Origin: an uncultured Alphaproteobacteria bacterium
Lineage (GTDB): Bacteria > Pseudomonadota > Alphaproteobacteria > RF32 > CAG-239
Length of the DNA: 49,654 nucleotides
NCBI GenBank assembly: GCA_944391375.1
Contig: CALXTJ010000004.1
Span: forward strand, 1 to 49,654
Direction: 5' to 3'
A program made the translations under genes and the position numbers. How positions within the stretch are numbered: the stretch's first letter is position 1; each line of letters begins with the position of its first letter. Below are positions 1 through 10,445 of this stretch, one piece after another. Under the pieces are notes generated by a model. That model was not told the DNA's origin and did no database searches. It worked only from the letters and a program-made list of their open reading frames with translations.

Positions 1-99
1 AGTGAGCGAATGCTTGAAGAGCAGATGTGCTTACAGAGCATGAAGACGGCCTATATAGATTATGAGCTGTCTCATGAAAAAAATAAGGGTTCCTATTAG
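1..99 (+). CDS. 3' end of a hypothetical CDS entering from the left edge (...SERMLEEQMCLQSMKTAYIDYELSHEKNKGSY*)
   Basis: Frame 1 is open from base 1 to TAG at 97-99, which lies in the loop of a terminator hairpin. Confidence 0.5.
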   Translation, partial: SERMLEEQMCLQSMKTAYIDYELSHEKNKGSY

Positions 100-115
100 A
101 GGAACCCTTATTTTT
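79..115. terminator. Bidirectional intrinsic terminator
   Basis: AAAAATAAGGGTTCC-tattaga-GGAACCCTTATTTTT perfect inverted repeat between convergent genes. Confidence 0.85.
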
Positions 116-134
116 GTTTTAAGGCTTGAAATGA

Positions 135-377
135 TTACATATCCAAAGCTTTACGATAAGTATCAAGCAAAAATTCCTGTTCATCGCGGTCGGCGGCATT
201 CATTTTACGAAGTTTTAAAATGGCCCGCATAACCTTAACATCAAAGCCGGCACTTTTAGCTTCGGCAAAAACTTCCCGAATATCCGTGGCAATTTCTTTT
301 TTATCTTCTTCAAGTTTTTCAATGCGTTCAATCAGGGAACGCAATCTGTCGGTGGCAATTCCTCCAACTTCAGCCAT
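135..377 (-). CDS. DUF2312/UPF0335 family protein (GapR-like nucleoid-associated protein)
   Basis: LRSLIERIEKLEEDKKEIATDIREVFAEAKSAGFDVKVMR...EQEFLLDTYRKAL is the typical DUF2312 sequence; AAGGAG SD upstream. Confidence 0.9.
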   Translation of the reverse strand: MAEVGGIATDRLRSLIERIEKLEEDKKEIATDIREVFAEAKSAGFDVKVMRAILKLRKMNAADRDEQEFLLDTYRKALDM

Positions 378-507
378 AATTTTACTCCTTTATATAAAAA
401 ATTAACCAAATTGCTGTTAAAGAAAGTAACAAAAATGATTATATTTTACAAGTGGTAATTTTTGTTATATAGATAATAAAAATTATAAAATGAAAGAGAG
501 AAGTAAA

Positions 508-1929
508 ATGCCAGAAAATACACATACCAAAATATTAGCTACTTTAGGGCCGGCCACTTCCGATAAGGAAATGCTTGAAAAATTGGTTGAAGCCGGAGCC
601 GATGCTTTTCGTTTTAATTTTTCGCACGGCACGCATGAAGAACATGCCAAACGTTATCAGGTGGTAAGAGATATAGCCGATTCGTACAAGCGTCATATCA
701 GTATCATTGCCGATATGCAGGGACCGAAATTGCGTGTCGGTCGCTTTGCCAATGGTAAGATTACGCTCCAATCCGGACAAGAGTTTGTTTTGGATTTAGA
801 TGAAAAATTAGGGGATGAACATCGGGTACATTTGCCGCATAAAGAAATTTTTGCAGCGGTAAAAAAAGGCGATATTTTGCTGTTAAACGATGGTAACATT
901 GCTTTGGAAGTTCTGTCATGTGACGATTCTCATGCCGTGACCAAAGTTAAAGTCGGAGGCGAGTTATCAGATCACAAAGGAGTTAATTTACCCAATATTA
1001 CCTTACCGATATCGGCCTTAACCGAAAAAGATAAGGATGATTTGGAGTTTGCTCTAAGCTTGGGAGTTGACTGGATAAGTTTGTCTTTTGTGCAAAAAGC
1101 TCAAGATGTAAAAGAAGCCAAAGCCCTGATAGGCGATAGAGCTTTAGTTATATCCAAGCTTGAAAAGCCGAGTGCCATAGAAGAATTGGAAGATATTGTA
1201 AAGTTATCCGATGCCATTATGGTAGCCCGCGGCGATTTAGGTGTGGAATGTCCGATAGAAACGGTTCCGGTCCTGCAAAAGAAAATAGTAGCGACATGTC
1301 GTAAATATGCCAAACCGGTAATTATTGCCACGCAAATGTTGGAATCAATGATAAATTCACCGATGCCGACGCGTGCCGAAGCCTCTGATGTGGCAACGGC
1401 GGTATACGACGGAGCCGATACGGTGATGTTATCGGCCGAAACGGCAGTTGGTAAATATCCGGCGGAAACGGTAGCCATGATGCATAAAATTATTTCCGAA
1501 GTTGAACATCATACGGGTCTATGTAAATGTTTCCTTGGGTGCGAAGTCGGTATTTGTGAAACCGAAGCCAAAGGTATTACTTATGCTGCCAGTGAACTGG
1601 CCAAAGTATTACCCAATGTTGCGGCCATAGTTACTTACACATCATCGGGCTTTACAACCTTTTCCATGGCCAGAGAGCGGCCTGATTTGCCGATTTTGGC
1701 CATTACCCCGAGCAAAAAAGTTGCCAATCAATTAGGTATTGTTTGGGGCGTAAGGAGCTTTATCAATAAAGATGTATTTTTAAGTTTTGATTTAATAGAG
1801 GAAATTGCGGTAAAATATGTAAAATCGTGCGGTTACGGCAAATCCGGCGATTACATTATATCAACGGCCGGTTTCCCGCTTGGCCAGCAAGGGAGGACCA
1901 ATTTATTGCATACCATAAAGATTCCTTAA
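508..1929 (+). CDS. pyk: Pyruvate kinase
   Basis: TKILATLGPAT, RFNFSHG, DMQGPKLRVG, IMVARGDLGVE, ATQMLESM, PTRAEASDVA motifs; start could also be ATG 490. Confidence 0.97.
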   Translation: MPENTHTKILATLGPATSDKEMLEKLVEAGADAFRFNFSHGTHEEHAKRYQVVRDIADSYKRHISIIADMQGPKLRVGRFANGKITLQSGQEFVLDLDEKLGDEHRVHLPHKEIFAAVKKGDILLLNDGNIALEVLSCDDSHAVTKVKVGGELSDHKGVNLPNITLPISALTEKDKDDLEFALSLGVDWISLSFVQKAQDVKEAKALIGDRALVISKLEKPSAIEELEDIVKLSDAIMVARGDLGVECPIETVPVLQKKIVATCRKYAKPVIIATQMLESMINSPMPTRAEASDVATAVYDGADTVMLSAETAVGKYPAETVAMMHKIISEVEHHTGLCKCFLGCEVGICETEAKGITYAASELAKVLPNVAAIVTYTSSGFTTFSMARERPDLPILAITPSKKVANQLGIVWGVRSFINKDVFLSFDLIEEIAVKYVKSCGYGKSGDYIISTAGFPLGQQGRTNLLHTIKIP

Positions 1930-1932
1930 AAT

Positions 1933-1970
1933 AAAAAAATTCCCGTTTTTGCAAGACGGGAATTTTTTTT
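1933..1970 (+). terminator. Intrinsic terminator after pyk
   Basis: AAAAAAATTCCCGTTTT-tgc-AAGACGGGAATTTTTTTT hairpin with T-tract. Confidence 0.8.
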
Positions 1971-2080
1971 GCAACAATTTAGAAATAAATGTTGATTGAA
2001 GATAGTAATCTTTAAGGTTGTTTATTAAATAAAGTCTGTCATTATAATGGCAGGAAAAATTAAATGTGGAGAAAACAATT

Positions 2081-4699
2081 ATGGTACAAAAAGAAGTAAA
2101 ACCGGTAGATGAAGCCGCTGAAGAAAAATATATTGACGAGTTGGTAGAAAGAGTAAGCAAAGCTCAAAAGAAGTTTGCCGAATACAGTCAGGAACAAGTT
2201 GATGAGATTTTTCGCCGCGTAGCTTTAAAGATGAGCTCGTTAAGAATTCCGCTGGCCAAAATGGCGGTAGAAGAAACCGGCATGGGAGTTGTGGAAGATA
2301 AAGTAATAAAGAATCATTTTGCTTCCGAGTACATTTATAATAAGTTCAAAAACACCAAGACCTGTGGAATATTGGAGGAAGATAAAGATAACGGCTATAT
2401 TAAAATCGGCGAACCTTTGGGTGTAATTGCCGGTGTTGTACCGACCACCAATCCGACATCAACAACCATCTTCAAAACCTTAATAGCCTTAAAAACGCGT
2501 AACGGCATTATCTTTTCGCCGCATCCGCGTGCCAAAAAATGCACGGTAGAAACGGCTCGTTTAATGCTTGAAGAAGCCGTTAAGGCCGGAGCTCCGGAAG
2601 ATATTATCGGCTGGATTGACGAGCCGAGTATTTTGCGTACGCAATATTTAATGAAGCACCCCAAGATTGATACAATTTTAGCCACCGGCGGTCCGGGAAT
2701 GGTAAAATCGGCCTATTCATCGGGCAAACCGGCATTGGGCGTAGGTTCGGGAAATGTTCCGGCGGTTATTGATGAAACAGCCGACATTCAAATGGCAGTA
2801 AGCTCTATTTTAATGTCAAAAACCTTTGATAACGGCATGATATGTGCCTCTGAGCAATCGGTAATTGTTGTAAAAGATATTTACGATGCGGTTAAGGCCG
2901 AATTTTTGAAACGGGGAGCCTATATTTTATCAGCCAAGGAAAAAGAAAAATTAGGCAAGGTGATTATGATTGACGGCAAGTTAAATTCCGCCATTGTCGG
3001 CCAGAAAGCTGCAACCATAGCCGCCATGGCCGACATTAAAGTTGCTCATGAAACCAAAGTTCTGATTGCCGAAGTTTCCAAAGTCGGCCAAGAAGAGCCG
3101 TTTTCGGCCGAAAAGTTATCGCCGGTATTAGCCATGTACAAAGCCCCTGATTTTGAGGCAGCGGCAAAACTGGCCAAAGAGCTTGTAACTTTCGGCGGCA
3201 ACGGCCATACATCGGTATTGTACACCGATCCGCATAATGATGAACGGATAAAACACTTCGGACACTTGTTGCATACCGGCAGAGTAATGATTAACTGCCC
3301 TTCATCGCAAGGTGCAATAGGCGATATTTATAACTTTAGACTTGAACCGTCTTTGACCTTGGGCTGCGGCTCCTGGGGCGGAAACTCGGTTAGTGAAAAT
3401 GTGGGAGTAAAACATCTGATGAATATTAAAACGGTAGCACAAAGAGAAGAAAATATGTTGTGGTTTAGAGTACCTCCGAAAGTATACTTCAAACCCGGTT
3501 GCCTGTCCTTTGCATTAAAAGAGTTGGCAGGCAAAAAGAGAGCCTTTATCATTACCGATAAATCGTTGTTTGATTTGGGCTATACTTCAAAAGTAACGGA
3601 TATTTTGGAACCGTTGGGTATTCAATGCCAGATATTCAGTGATGTTCGTCCGGATCCGGATTTGACAACCATTAACAAAGCTAAAGCCATGGTAGACAGT
3701 TTTAATCCTGATGTTTTGATAGCGTTGGGCGGTGGTTCACCGATTGATGCGGCCAAAATTTTGTGGATTATGTACGAACACCCTGAATTGAAGTTTGAAG
3801 ATTTGGCAATGCGTTTTATGGATATTCGCAAACGTATTTTTGAATTTCCTCACTTGGGGCAGAAGGCAGAGTTGGTGGCCATTCCGACCACATCGGGAAC
3901 AGGTTCGGAAGTAACTCCGTTTTCAATTATTACCGATGATTCTACGGGTATTAAATATGCCATTGCCGATTATGTATTAACTCCGAGCATGGCGATTGTA
4001 GATTCGGATTTGGTGTTGACCATGCCTAAAGGCTTGTGTGCGGCATCGGGTATTGATGTAATGACTCACGCACTTGAGTCGTATGTATCATCCATGGCCA
4101 CCGAATATACCAGAGGATTATCGCTGGAAGCAGGCAGATTGGTATTAAAATATCTGCCGGATTCTTACAAAACGGCTAATACGATGGCTCGTGAAAGAAT
4201 GCACCATGCGGCAACCATAGCCGGTATGGCCTTTGCCAATGCCTTTTTAGGAGTTTGTCACTCCATGGCTCATAAGCTGGGAGCGGCTTTCCATATTCCG
4301 CACGGATTTGCCAATGCGTTGTTAATTTCGCAGGTAATTCGTTATAATGCGACGGATTGTCCGGCCAAACAATGTGCATTTCCGCAGTATCGTTATCCGA
4401 ATGCGAAAGCGGCCTATGCAGCCTTTGCCGAAGGTTTGGGTCTAAAAGGTAAGACCGATGATGAGAAGGTAGATAACTTGATTAAAGCAATTGAAGATTT
4501 GAAAAAAGAGCTCAATATACCGCTGTCAATCAAAGATTGGGGAATTTCCAAGGAAGACTTTACCAAAGCGATGGAAACCTTGCCTACCTTGGCCTTTGAC
4601 GACCAGTGCACCGGCTCCAATCCGCGTTATCCGCTGATTGAAGAGATTGAAAAATTGTATTGGTACGCCTACGAAGGCAACTACAATTTTAACCTGTAA
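2081..4699 (+). CDS. adhE: Bifunctional acetaldehyde-CoA/alcohol dehydrogenase
   Basis: ALDH domain (PTTNPTST, ATGGPGMV, KTFDNGMICASEQ), linker GCGSWGGNSVSENV, Fe-ADH domain (GGGSPID, PTTSGTGSE, GVCHSMAH); ATG 2081 has a GGAGA SD, GTG 2066 is the alternative. Confidence 0.97.
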   Translation: MVQKEVKPVDEAAEEKYIDELVERVSKAQKKFAEYSQEQVDEIFRRVALKMSSLRIPLAKMAVEETGMGVVEDKVIKNHFASEYIYNKFKNTKTCGILEEDKDNGYIKIGEPLGVIAGVVPTTNPTSTTIFKTLIALKTRNGIIFSPHPRAKKCTVETARLMLEEAVKAGAPEDIIGWIDEPSILRTQYLMKHPKIDTILATGGPGMVKSAYSSGKPALGVGSGNVPAVIDETADIQMAVSSILMSKTFDNGMICASEQSVIVVKDIYDAVKAEFLKRGAYILSAKEKEKLGKVIMIDGKLNSAIVGQKAATIAAMADIKVAHETKVLIAEVSKVGQEEPFSAEKLSPVLAMYKAPDFEAAAKLAKELVTFGGNGHTSVLYTDPHNDERIKHFGHLLHTGRVMINCPSSQGAIGDIYNFRLEPSLTLGCGSWGGNSVSENVGVKHLMNIKTVAQREENMLWFRVPPKVYFKPGCLSFALKELAGKKRAFIITDKSLFDLGYTSKVTDILEPLGIQCQIFSDVRPDPDLTTINKAKAMVDSFNPDVLIALGGGSPIDAAKILWIMYEHPELKFEDLAMRFMDIRKRIFEFPHLGQKAELVAIPTTSGTGSEVTPFSIITDDSTGIKYAIADYVLTPSMAIVDSDLVLTMPKGLCAASGIDVMTHALESYVSSMATEYTRGLSLEAGRLVLKYLPDSYKTANTMARERMHHAATIAGMAFANAFLGVCHSMAHKLGAAFHIPHGFANALLISQVIRYNATDCPAKQCAFPQYRYPNAKAAYAAFAEGLGLKGKTDDEKVDNLIKAIEDLKKELNIPLSIKDWGISKEDFTKAMETLPTLAFDDQCTGSNPRYPLIEEIEKLYWYAYEGNYNFNL

Positions 4700-4717
4700 T
4701 CGGTATTGTTTTCAAAT

Positions 4718-4747
4718 AAAAAGCCTCGCAATTATGCGAGGCTTTTT
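4718..4747. terminator. Bidirectional terminator between adhE and ldh
   Basis: AAAAAGCCTCGCA-atta-TGCGAGGCTTTTT. Confidence 0.85.
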
Positions 4748-4759
4748 AGATTTGGCTTT

Positions 4760-5686
4760 TTATTCTTGTTCGGAATAGTCCTTCATTTTTTGAGCACTGA
4801 TTTTTAAAAGTTCGTGTTCTTCGGCAGATAAATGCGGATAAATTACGCATTCAACCCCGTTTTGGTTAATCACCGAAGGCAAGGAAACGCAAACATTTTT
4901 AACACCTTCCACATCTTCATGAAAAGAGGATACGGTTAAAATAGCATTTTCATTGGCACTTATGGCTTGGCATATACGGCATAATCCGCCGGCAATTCCG
5001 TAATAAGTGGCACCTTTGCCCTCAATAATTTTATAAGCGGCATTACGAACATTGTCATCAATTTGAGCTTTAACTTCAGGGGTAAGCGGACGATGAAGAT
5101 CTTTGGCCAGATCTTCCACGGACAAAGTTCCGGCATCGCCGTTGGACCATATCAAAACTTCGCTGTCGCCGTGTTCACCCAAAACATAGGCATGAATAGA
5201 TTTTGAGGATAATCCTAAATGTTCGCCGAGCAAAGTCTTAAAGCGGGAAGTATCTAAAATGGTACCGCTGCCGAATACGCGGTTTTTAGGCAAGCCTGAC
5301 AGCTTAAGAGCAAGATCCGTCATAATATCCACCGGATTGGAGGCCATTACAATAATAGCATCGGGAGCATTTTGTACCAACGGTTTGATTATACTCTGCA
5401 ATATGGTGGTATTTCTGGCCATTAAATCTATACGGGTTTCACCGGGTTTTTGATTAGCTCCGGCAGTGATAATTACTACTTGAGCATTTTTTAAGTCCGT
5501 ATAATTTCCGGCATAAATTTTACTGGCATAAGCAAAGGTAGTAGCATGAGAAATATCCAAGGCTTCGGCTTCGGCCTTTTTTTGGTTAGAGTCAATCAGT
5601 ACTACCTCATCGGCAACGCCCCGCATAACAAGAGCAAAGGCCGTGGCACTGCCGACAGCTCCGACACCTATAATTCCGACTTTCAT
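4760..5686 (-). CDS. ldh: L-lactate dehydrogenase
   Basis: GVGAVG Rossmann motif, AGANQKPGETRIDL (Gln specificity residue of LDH), SNPVD, GTILDTSRF, GEHGDS, KGATYYGI. Confidence 0.95.
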   Translation of the reverse strand: MKVGIIGVGAVGSATAFALVMRGVADEVVLIDSNQKKAEAEALDISHATTFAYASKIYAGNYTDLKNAQVVIITAGANQKPGETRIDLMARNTTILQSIIKPLVQNAPDAIIVMASNPVDIMTDLALKLSGLPKNRVFGSGTILDTSRFKTLLGEHLGLSSKSIHAYVLGEHGDSEVLIWSNGDAGTLSVEDLAKDLHRPLTPEVKAQIDDNVRNAAYKIIEGKGATYYGIAGGLCRICQAISANENAILTVSSFHEDVEGVKNVCVSLPSVINQNGVECVIYPHLSAEEHELLKISAQKMKDYSEQE

Positions 5687-5949
5687 ATAAAATCTCCTTA
5701 TAATAAAAAACTAAACTCATGTTAAATATAGTCGTATTTTTAGAAATAACAATCATAATTATGCACTAAAATACAACTATTTGCCATATATACAAAGTGC
5801 GTATTTTCAATAAGTTATCCACAAAAATAACGATTTTTTACGCTTATTTTAAAAAAAAGCTTGTCAAATGATATAAAATTGTGCTAACAACTCAATCAAG
5901 GTTGTCAAAGACCTGAAATTTGTTTTAATATTTATTGAGGTTTAAATAC

Positions 5950-6183
5950 ATGACTGATACCGCAAATCGCGTTAAAAAGATCGTAGCTGAACACCTTGGT
6001 GTTGAAGAATCTAAAGTTACCGAAAGTGCAAGCTTTATTGATGACTTAGGTGCTGATAGCTTGGATACTGTAGAATTGGTTATGGCATTTGAAGAAGAAT
6101 TCGGTTGCGAAATCCCGGATGAAGCTGCTGAAAAGATTCTTACCGTAAAAGATGCTATTGACTATCTTTCTAAGAATGCGTAA
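5950..6183 (+). CDS. acpP: Acyl carrier protein
   Basis: [20 protein letters not shown] phosphopantetheine motif; GAGG SD before ATG 5950. Confidence 0.97.
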   Translation: MTDTANRVKKIVAEHLGVEESKVTESASFIDDLGADSLDTVELVMAFEEEFGCEIPDEAAEKILTVKDAIDYLSKNA

Positions 6184-6209
6184 GTCTTGTGGCTTAGATT
6201 AAGTGTAAG

Positions 6210-6237
6210 AACTCGCTGCGATTAGGCGAGTTTTTTC
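6210..6237 (+). terminator. Terminator/attenuator between acpP and fabF
   Basis: AACTCGC...GCGAGTT followed by TTTT. Confidence 0.6.
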
Positions 6238-6270
6238 ATATAGGGTATGAACTTTAAAGAGGTTGATTAA

Positions 6271-7539
6271 ATGAGAAGAGTTGTTATCACTGGTCTTGGA
6301 GTAATTTCGCCTTTGGGAAGAGGCGTTGAGCACAACTGGAAAAGATTGCTCAACGGCGATTCCGGCATTTCCAAGATAGAAGATATAGATTTAAAAGACA
6401 TACCGGTGCGTATTGCCGGCCGAGTTCCATGGGGTGAAGGCGAGGGAGAGTTTAATCCCGACAGTGTGTTGCCGCCCAAGGATCAAAAGAAAAATGACCA
6501 CTTCATTCTTTATGGTTTAGCAGCAGGAGCAGATGCCATTCGGGATTGCGGATTTATACCTGAAACCGAAGAAGAAAAAAATCGTTTCGGAATAATGATG
6601 GGTTCCGGTATCGGCGGATTACAGACCATATATGAAAATTCCTTATCATTTAATGAGTCCGGAATTAAGCGGATATCGCCGTTTTTTATACCGGCATCTT
6701 TAATTAACCTGATTTCGGGAAATTTATCCATACAGTTTGGTTTAAAAGGTCCCAATCATGCGTGCGTAACGGCCTGTTCAACGGGAACGCATGCCATTGG
6801 CGATGCGGCCCGCATTATTGCCATGAACGATGCCGATATGATGGTAGCCGGCGGAGCTGAATCTGCGGTAAATGTATTAGGCTTGGCAGGTTTTGCCCGT
6901 ATGCGTGCGGTTACTTCCGACTTTAATGATGAACCGACCAAAGCTTCGCGTCCGTGGGATAAAAAACGCAGTGGCTTTGTTATGGGCGAGGGTGCCGGAG
7001 CGGTAGTTTTGGAGGAATTGGAACATGCCAAAGCCCGCGGTGCCAAAATTTATGCCGAAGTTGTCGGTTACGGTATGAGCGGAGATGCTTACCACATTAC
7101 GGCTCCTTCCGGCGACGGTGCTTATCGGGCCATGAAAATGGCTGCCGATCACGCCAAAGAACACGGGGTTGAGTTAAAAGATATCAACTATATCAATGCT
7201 CACGGCACATCAACTCCGGCCGGTGATGTCGGCGAGGCCTTAGCCGTTAAAAGACTGTTCGGTGATAACATGAAGTATGTTTCCATGTCATCAACCAAAT
7301 CGGCCATCGGGCACTTGTTAGGTGCCGCCGGTGCGGTTGAAGCCGTTTATACGGTTTTGGCACTCCGCGATCAAATTTGTCCGCCGACTTTGAATTTGGA
7401 AGAAGTTGAAGATGAAATTGCCGATATTGACTTAGTTCCCTTAAAAGCCAAGAAAAAAGAGATAAAAGCCGCTATGTCTAACTCTTTTGGCTTTGGCGGA
7501 ACCAACTCATCTTTGGTATTAAAGAAATATCAAGATTAG
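6271..7539 (+). CDS. fabF: 3-oxoacyl-ACP synthase II
   Basis: RRVVITGLG, TACSTG catalytic Cys, INAHGTST, KSAIGHLLGAAG, SNSFGFGGTN; follows acpP. Confidence 0.97.
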   Translation: MRRVVITGLGVISPLGRGVEHNWKRLLNGDSGISKIEDIDLKDIPVRIAGRVPWGEGEGEFNPDSVLPPKDQKKNDHFILYGLAAGADAIRDCGFIPETEEEKNRFGIMMGSGIGGLQTIYENSLSFNESGIKRISPFFIPASLINLISGNLSIQFGLKGPNHACVTACSTGTHAIGDAARIIAMNDADMMVAGGAESAVNVLGLAGFARMRAVTSDFNDEPTKASRPWDKKRSGFVMGEGAGAVVLEELEHAKARGAKIYAEVVGYGMSGDAYHITAPSGDGAYRAMKMAADHAKEHGVELKDINYINAHGTSTPAGDVGEALAVKRLFGDNMKYVSMSSTKSAIGHLLGAAGAVEAVYTVLALRDQICPPTLNLEEVEDEIADIDLVPLKAKKKEIKAAMSNSFGFGGTNSSLVLKKYQD

Positions 7540-7552
7540 TCAGAGTTAATAT

Positions 7553-7588
7553 AAAAAACACCTCAGATAAAAATCTGAGGTGTTTTTT
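7553..7588. terminator. Bidirectional terminator between fabF and tRNA-Ala
   Basis: AAAAAACACCTCAGAT-aaaa-ATCTGAGGTGTTTTTT. Confidence 0.85.
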
Positions 7589-7593
7589 ATAAA

Positions 7594-7669
7594 TGGTGGA
7601 GCCAGGGAGGATCGAACTCCCGACCTACTGATTGCGAACCAGTCGCTCTCCCAACTGAGCTATGACCCC
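7594..7669 (-). tRNA. tRNA-Ala (anticodon CGC)
   Basis: GGGGTCATAGCTCAGTTGGGAGAGCGACTGGTTCGCAATCAGTAGGTCGGGAGTTCGATCCTCCCTGGCTCCACCA; cloverleaf, G3:U70 pair, loop TT-CGC-AA, encoded CCA. Confidence 0.95.
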
Positions 7670-7738
7670 ACATCAATCCGAACATCGTGTTTATAAAGCA
7701 AAAGATAACTAAAATCAATACCTATTTTTTATAAAACA

Positions 7739-7767
7739 ACCGGCCCCGCAAAAACTGCGGAACCGGT
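7739..7767 (-). terminator. Terminator after clpB
   Basis: Minus strand ACCGGTTCCGCAG-tttt-TGCGGGGCCGGT followed by TGTTTT. Confidence 0.65.
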
Positions 7768-7784
7768 AGCAGAAAGCTTAAAGT

Positions 7785-10289
7785 TTAGCCGATTACGAGC
7801 TTGTCTTTATCGGCAGTTATCTTAACTTCGCTGTCATCTTTGATATCACCGTTTAAGAGCTTAATGGCGAGAGGATTTTCCACCTCTTGCTGAATAAGTC
7901 TTTTAAGAGGTCTTGCACCGAACTCTTTATCATAACCGTTTTCGGCAAGCCAGTTCAAGGCTTTGTCATCAAACTTTAAGGTTATGTGGTGATCATCCAA
8001 TCGTTTTTGCAAACGAGCCAGTTGAATTTCAACAATTTTTCTGATACTCTCCTTGCTAAGTGCATTAAAGACGATAATTTCATCCAAACGGTTAATAAAC
8101 TCCGGCCGGAAGAAACCTTTCAAGGCCTCACGCACATCCTTAACATTAGGATCGGCAATTAGGTTGGAAGTCATGATAAGAAAGGTATTTTTAAAATCTA
8201 CCGTTCTTCCCTGACCGTCGGTTAAACGACCGTCATCTAAAACTTGCAACAAAACATTAAACACATCCGGATGAGCCTTTTCCACCTCATCAAACAAAAT
8301 TACCTGATAAGGACGGCGTCTGACGGCTTCGGTTAAAACTCCGCCTTCATCGTATCCGACATATCCCGGAGGAGCACCGATTAAACGAGCAACGGAGTGC
8401 TTTTCCATATACTCGGACATATCAATTCTTAAGTAAGCGTTTTCCTCATCAAACAAGAACTCGGCCAAAGCCTTGGCAAGCTCGGTTTTACCGACACCCG
8501 TCGGACCTAAGAACAAAAATGAGCCTATCGGACGGTTCGGATCGCTTAAACCCGAACGCGAACGACGCACGGCGTTGGCCACGGCCGTAATGGCCTCATC
8601 TTGTCCGACAACGCGTTTGGCAATGGCGGTTTCCATATGGACCAGTTTTTCACGCTCGTTACTCATTAACTTGTCAACCGGAATTCCCGTCCATTTGGAA
8701 ACAACCTGAGCAATAACATCCGACGTAACGGTTTCTACGGCCGTATGTTCCTGAGCATGAGCGTTAATCTCGTTCAAGCGTTTTTCCAAATCCGGAATTT
8801 CTTTATATTGCAACTCTCCGGCTTTTTCGTATTGTCCGGCACGCAAAGCTTTATCAACCTCAATGCGGGCTTTATCCAAAGATTCACGGAGCTTTCCGGC
8901 TTCTTGAACGCTGCTCTTGCTGGCGTTCCATTTAGCATTTTCATCAGCCGATTCTTTTTCCAGCTCTTCAATTTCCTTTTCAATTTTTGCCAAACGCTCT
9001 TGGGAAGCCTTATCGGTTTCTTTCCGTAAAGCTTCGCGTTCAATTTTAAGCTGAATTAAGTGTCGGTCAATTTCATCCAAGTGTTCCGGCTTAGAGTCAA
9101 TGGCCATTCTTAAGCGGCTTGCGGCTTCATCAATAAGGTCAATAGCCTTATCGGGCAAAAATCTGTCGGTGATGTAACGATTAGACATTACCGCAGCAGC
9201 CACCAATGCGGCATCGGAAATTCTAACTCCGTGGTGCAGCTCATATTTTTCCTTAATACCCCGCAAGATGGAAATAGTATCTTCAACTTGCGGCTCATTT
9301 ACGAATACCGGTTGAAAACGACGAGCAAAGGCTTGGTCTTTTTCAATATATTTTTGATATTCTTTTAAGGTTGTGGCACCAATGCAGTGCAATTCACCGC
9401 GAGCCAAAGCCGGTTTTAACAAGTTGGAAGCATCCATGGAGCCCGATGTTGCACCGGCACCGACTACGGTGTGCATTTCATCAATGAACAATATAATTTG
9501 TCCGTTGGCGGCACTTACTTCTTGCAGCACGGCTTTTAACCGTTCCTCAAATTCACCGCGATATTTGGCTCCGGCAATAAGAGCACCCATGTCAAGGGCC
9601 ATCAAGCGTTTATGTTTTAAGCTTTCCGGAACATCACCGTTGACGATTCTTAAAGCCAACCCTTCAACAATGGCGGTTTTACCTACACCCGGCTCACCGA
9701 TTAAAATCGGGTTGTTTTTGGTTCGCCTGGAAAGTACCTGAATGGTATGTCTGATTTCCTCATCGCGTCCGATAACCGGATCAAGCTTACCTTGTGCCGC
9801 TCTTTCGGTATAATCGGTGGCATACTTTTTTAAGGCATCCATGGTATCTTCGGCAGTGGCACTCTGGGCGGTTCTGCCTTGCCGCATGTTGTTAATTACC
9901 TGATTAAGTTTTTTTAGGTCTACTCCATACGATTTGGCAGTTAATAAGGCCTGTAATATCCGCTCTACCGTTACAAATGAATCTCCGGCTTTAAGAGCGG
10001 TTTGTTCGGCCAAATCCAAAGCCTTAAAAAAAGCCTGCGAAGCCGAAATTTGTACCGAGTTCCCTTCAACTTTCGGGAGCTTGTCTACATCTTCATTAAC
10101 CTGCTCACGCACTTTTTCAACATCGGCACCGGTTTGGGCAATCAAGGACGAAGCCATACCTTCCTTATCATCCAGCATAACTTTAAGCAAGTGCTCAGGA
10201 GCCAAAAACTGGTTAGAATTTCTGGCGGCCAAAGATTGAGCAGCTTGAATAAAGCCTTGTGATCTGTCGGTTAATTTTTCCATATTCAT
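7785..10289 (-). CDS. clpB: ATP-dependent disaggregase ClpB
   Basis: Two AAA+ domains ([16 protein letters not shown]), KYRGEFEER, coiled-coil middle domain, GAPPGYVG. Confidence 0.97.
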   Translation of the reverse strand: MNMEKLTDRSQGFIQAAQSLAARNSNQFLAPEHLLKVMLDDKEGMASSLIAQTGADVEKVREQVNEDVDKLPKVEGNSVQISASQAFFKALDLAEQTALKAGDSFVTVERILQALLTAKSYGVDLKKLNQVINNMRQGRTAQSATAEDTMDALKKYATDYTERAAQGKLDPVIGRDEEIRHTIQVLSRRTKNNPILIGEPGVGKTAIVEGLALRIVNGDVPESLKHKRLMALDMGALIAGAKYRGEFEERLKAVLQEVSAANGQIILFIDEMHTVVGAGATSGSMDASNLLKPALARGELHCIGATTLKEYQKYIEKDQAFARRFQPVFVNEPQVEDTISILRGIKEKYELHHGVRISDAALVAAAVMSNRYITDRFLPDKAIDLIDEAASRLRMAIDSKPEHLDEIDRHLIQLKIEREALRKETDKASQERLAKIEKEIEELEKESADENAKWNASKSSVQEAGKLRESLDKARIEVDKALRAGQYEKAGELQYKEIPDLEKRLNEINAHAQEHTAVETVTSDVIAQVVSKWTGIPVDKLMSNEREKLVHMETAIAKRVVGQDEAITAVANAVRRSRSGLSDPNRPIGSFLFLGPTGVGKTELAKALAEFLFDEENAYLRIDMSEYMEKHSVARLIGAPPGYVGYDEGGVLTEAVRRRPYQVILFDEVEKAHPDVFNVLLQVLDDGRLTDGQGRTVDFKNTFLIMTSNLIADPNVKDVREALKGFFRPEFINRLDEIIVFNALSKESIRKIVEIQLARLQKRLDDHHITLKFDDKALNWLAENGYDKEFGARPLKRLIQQEVENPLAIKLLNGDIKDDSEVKITADKDKLVIG

Positions 10290-10317
10290 GTTTTTAGTAT
10301 CCTTTCATAGTATTTAA

Positions 10318-10346
10318 ATATAGGAAGAGATATTCAAACCTGCAAG
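10318..10346 (-). promoter_or_regulatory. Putative RpoH (sigma32) heat-shock promoter of clpB
   Basis: Minus strand CTTG-N18-CCTATAT, matching the alphaproteobacterial CTTG-N17/18-CYTATNT pattern. Confidence 0.6.
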
Positions 10347-10445
10347 ATAACACCGATAATAAAACGCATATAAAATTGTTAATAAGGTTATAGTTAAGGT
10401 ATTAAAATCGTTGCAAAGGTGTAATATATGTTATGAGGAAATAAA

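Noticed and set aside
5690-5940. AT-rich intergenic region with a DnaA box as a possible oriC
   Set aside because: Only one perfect box, short region, and no typical origin-flanking genes
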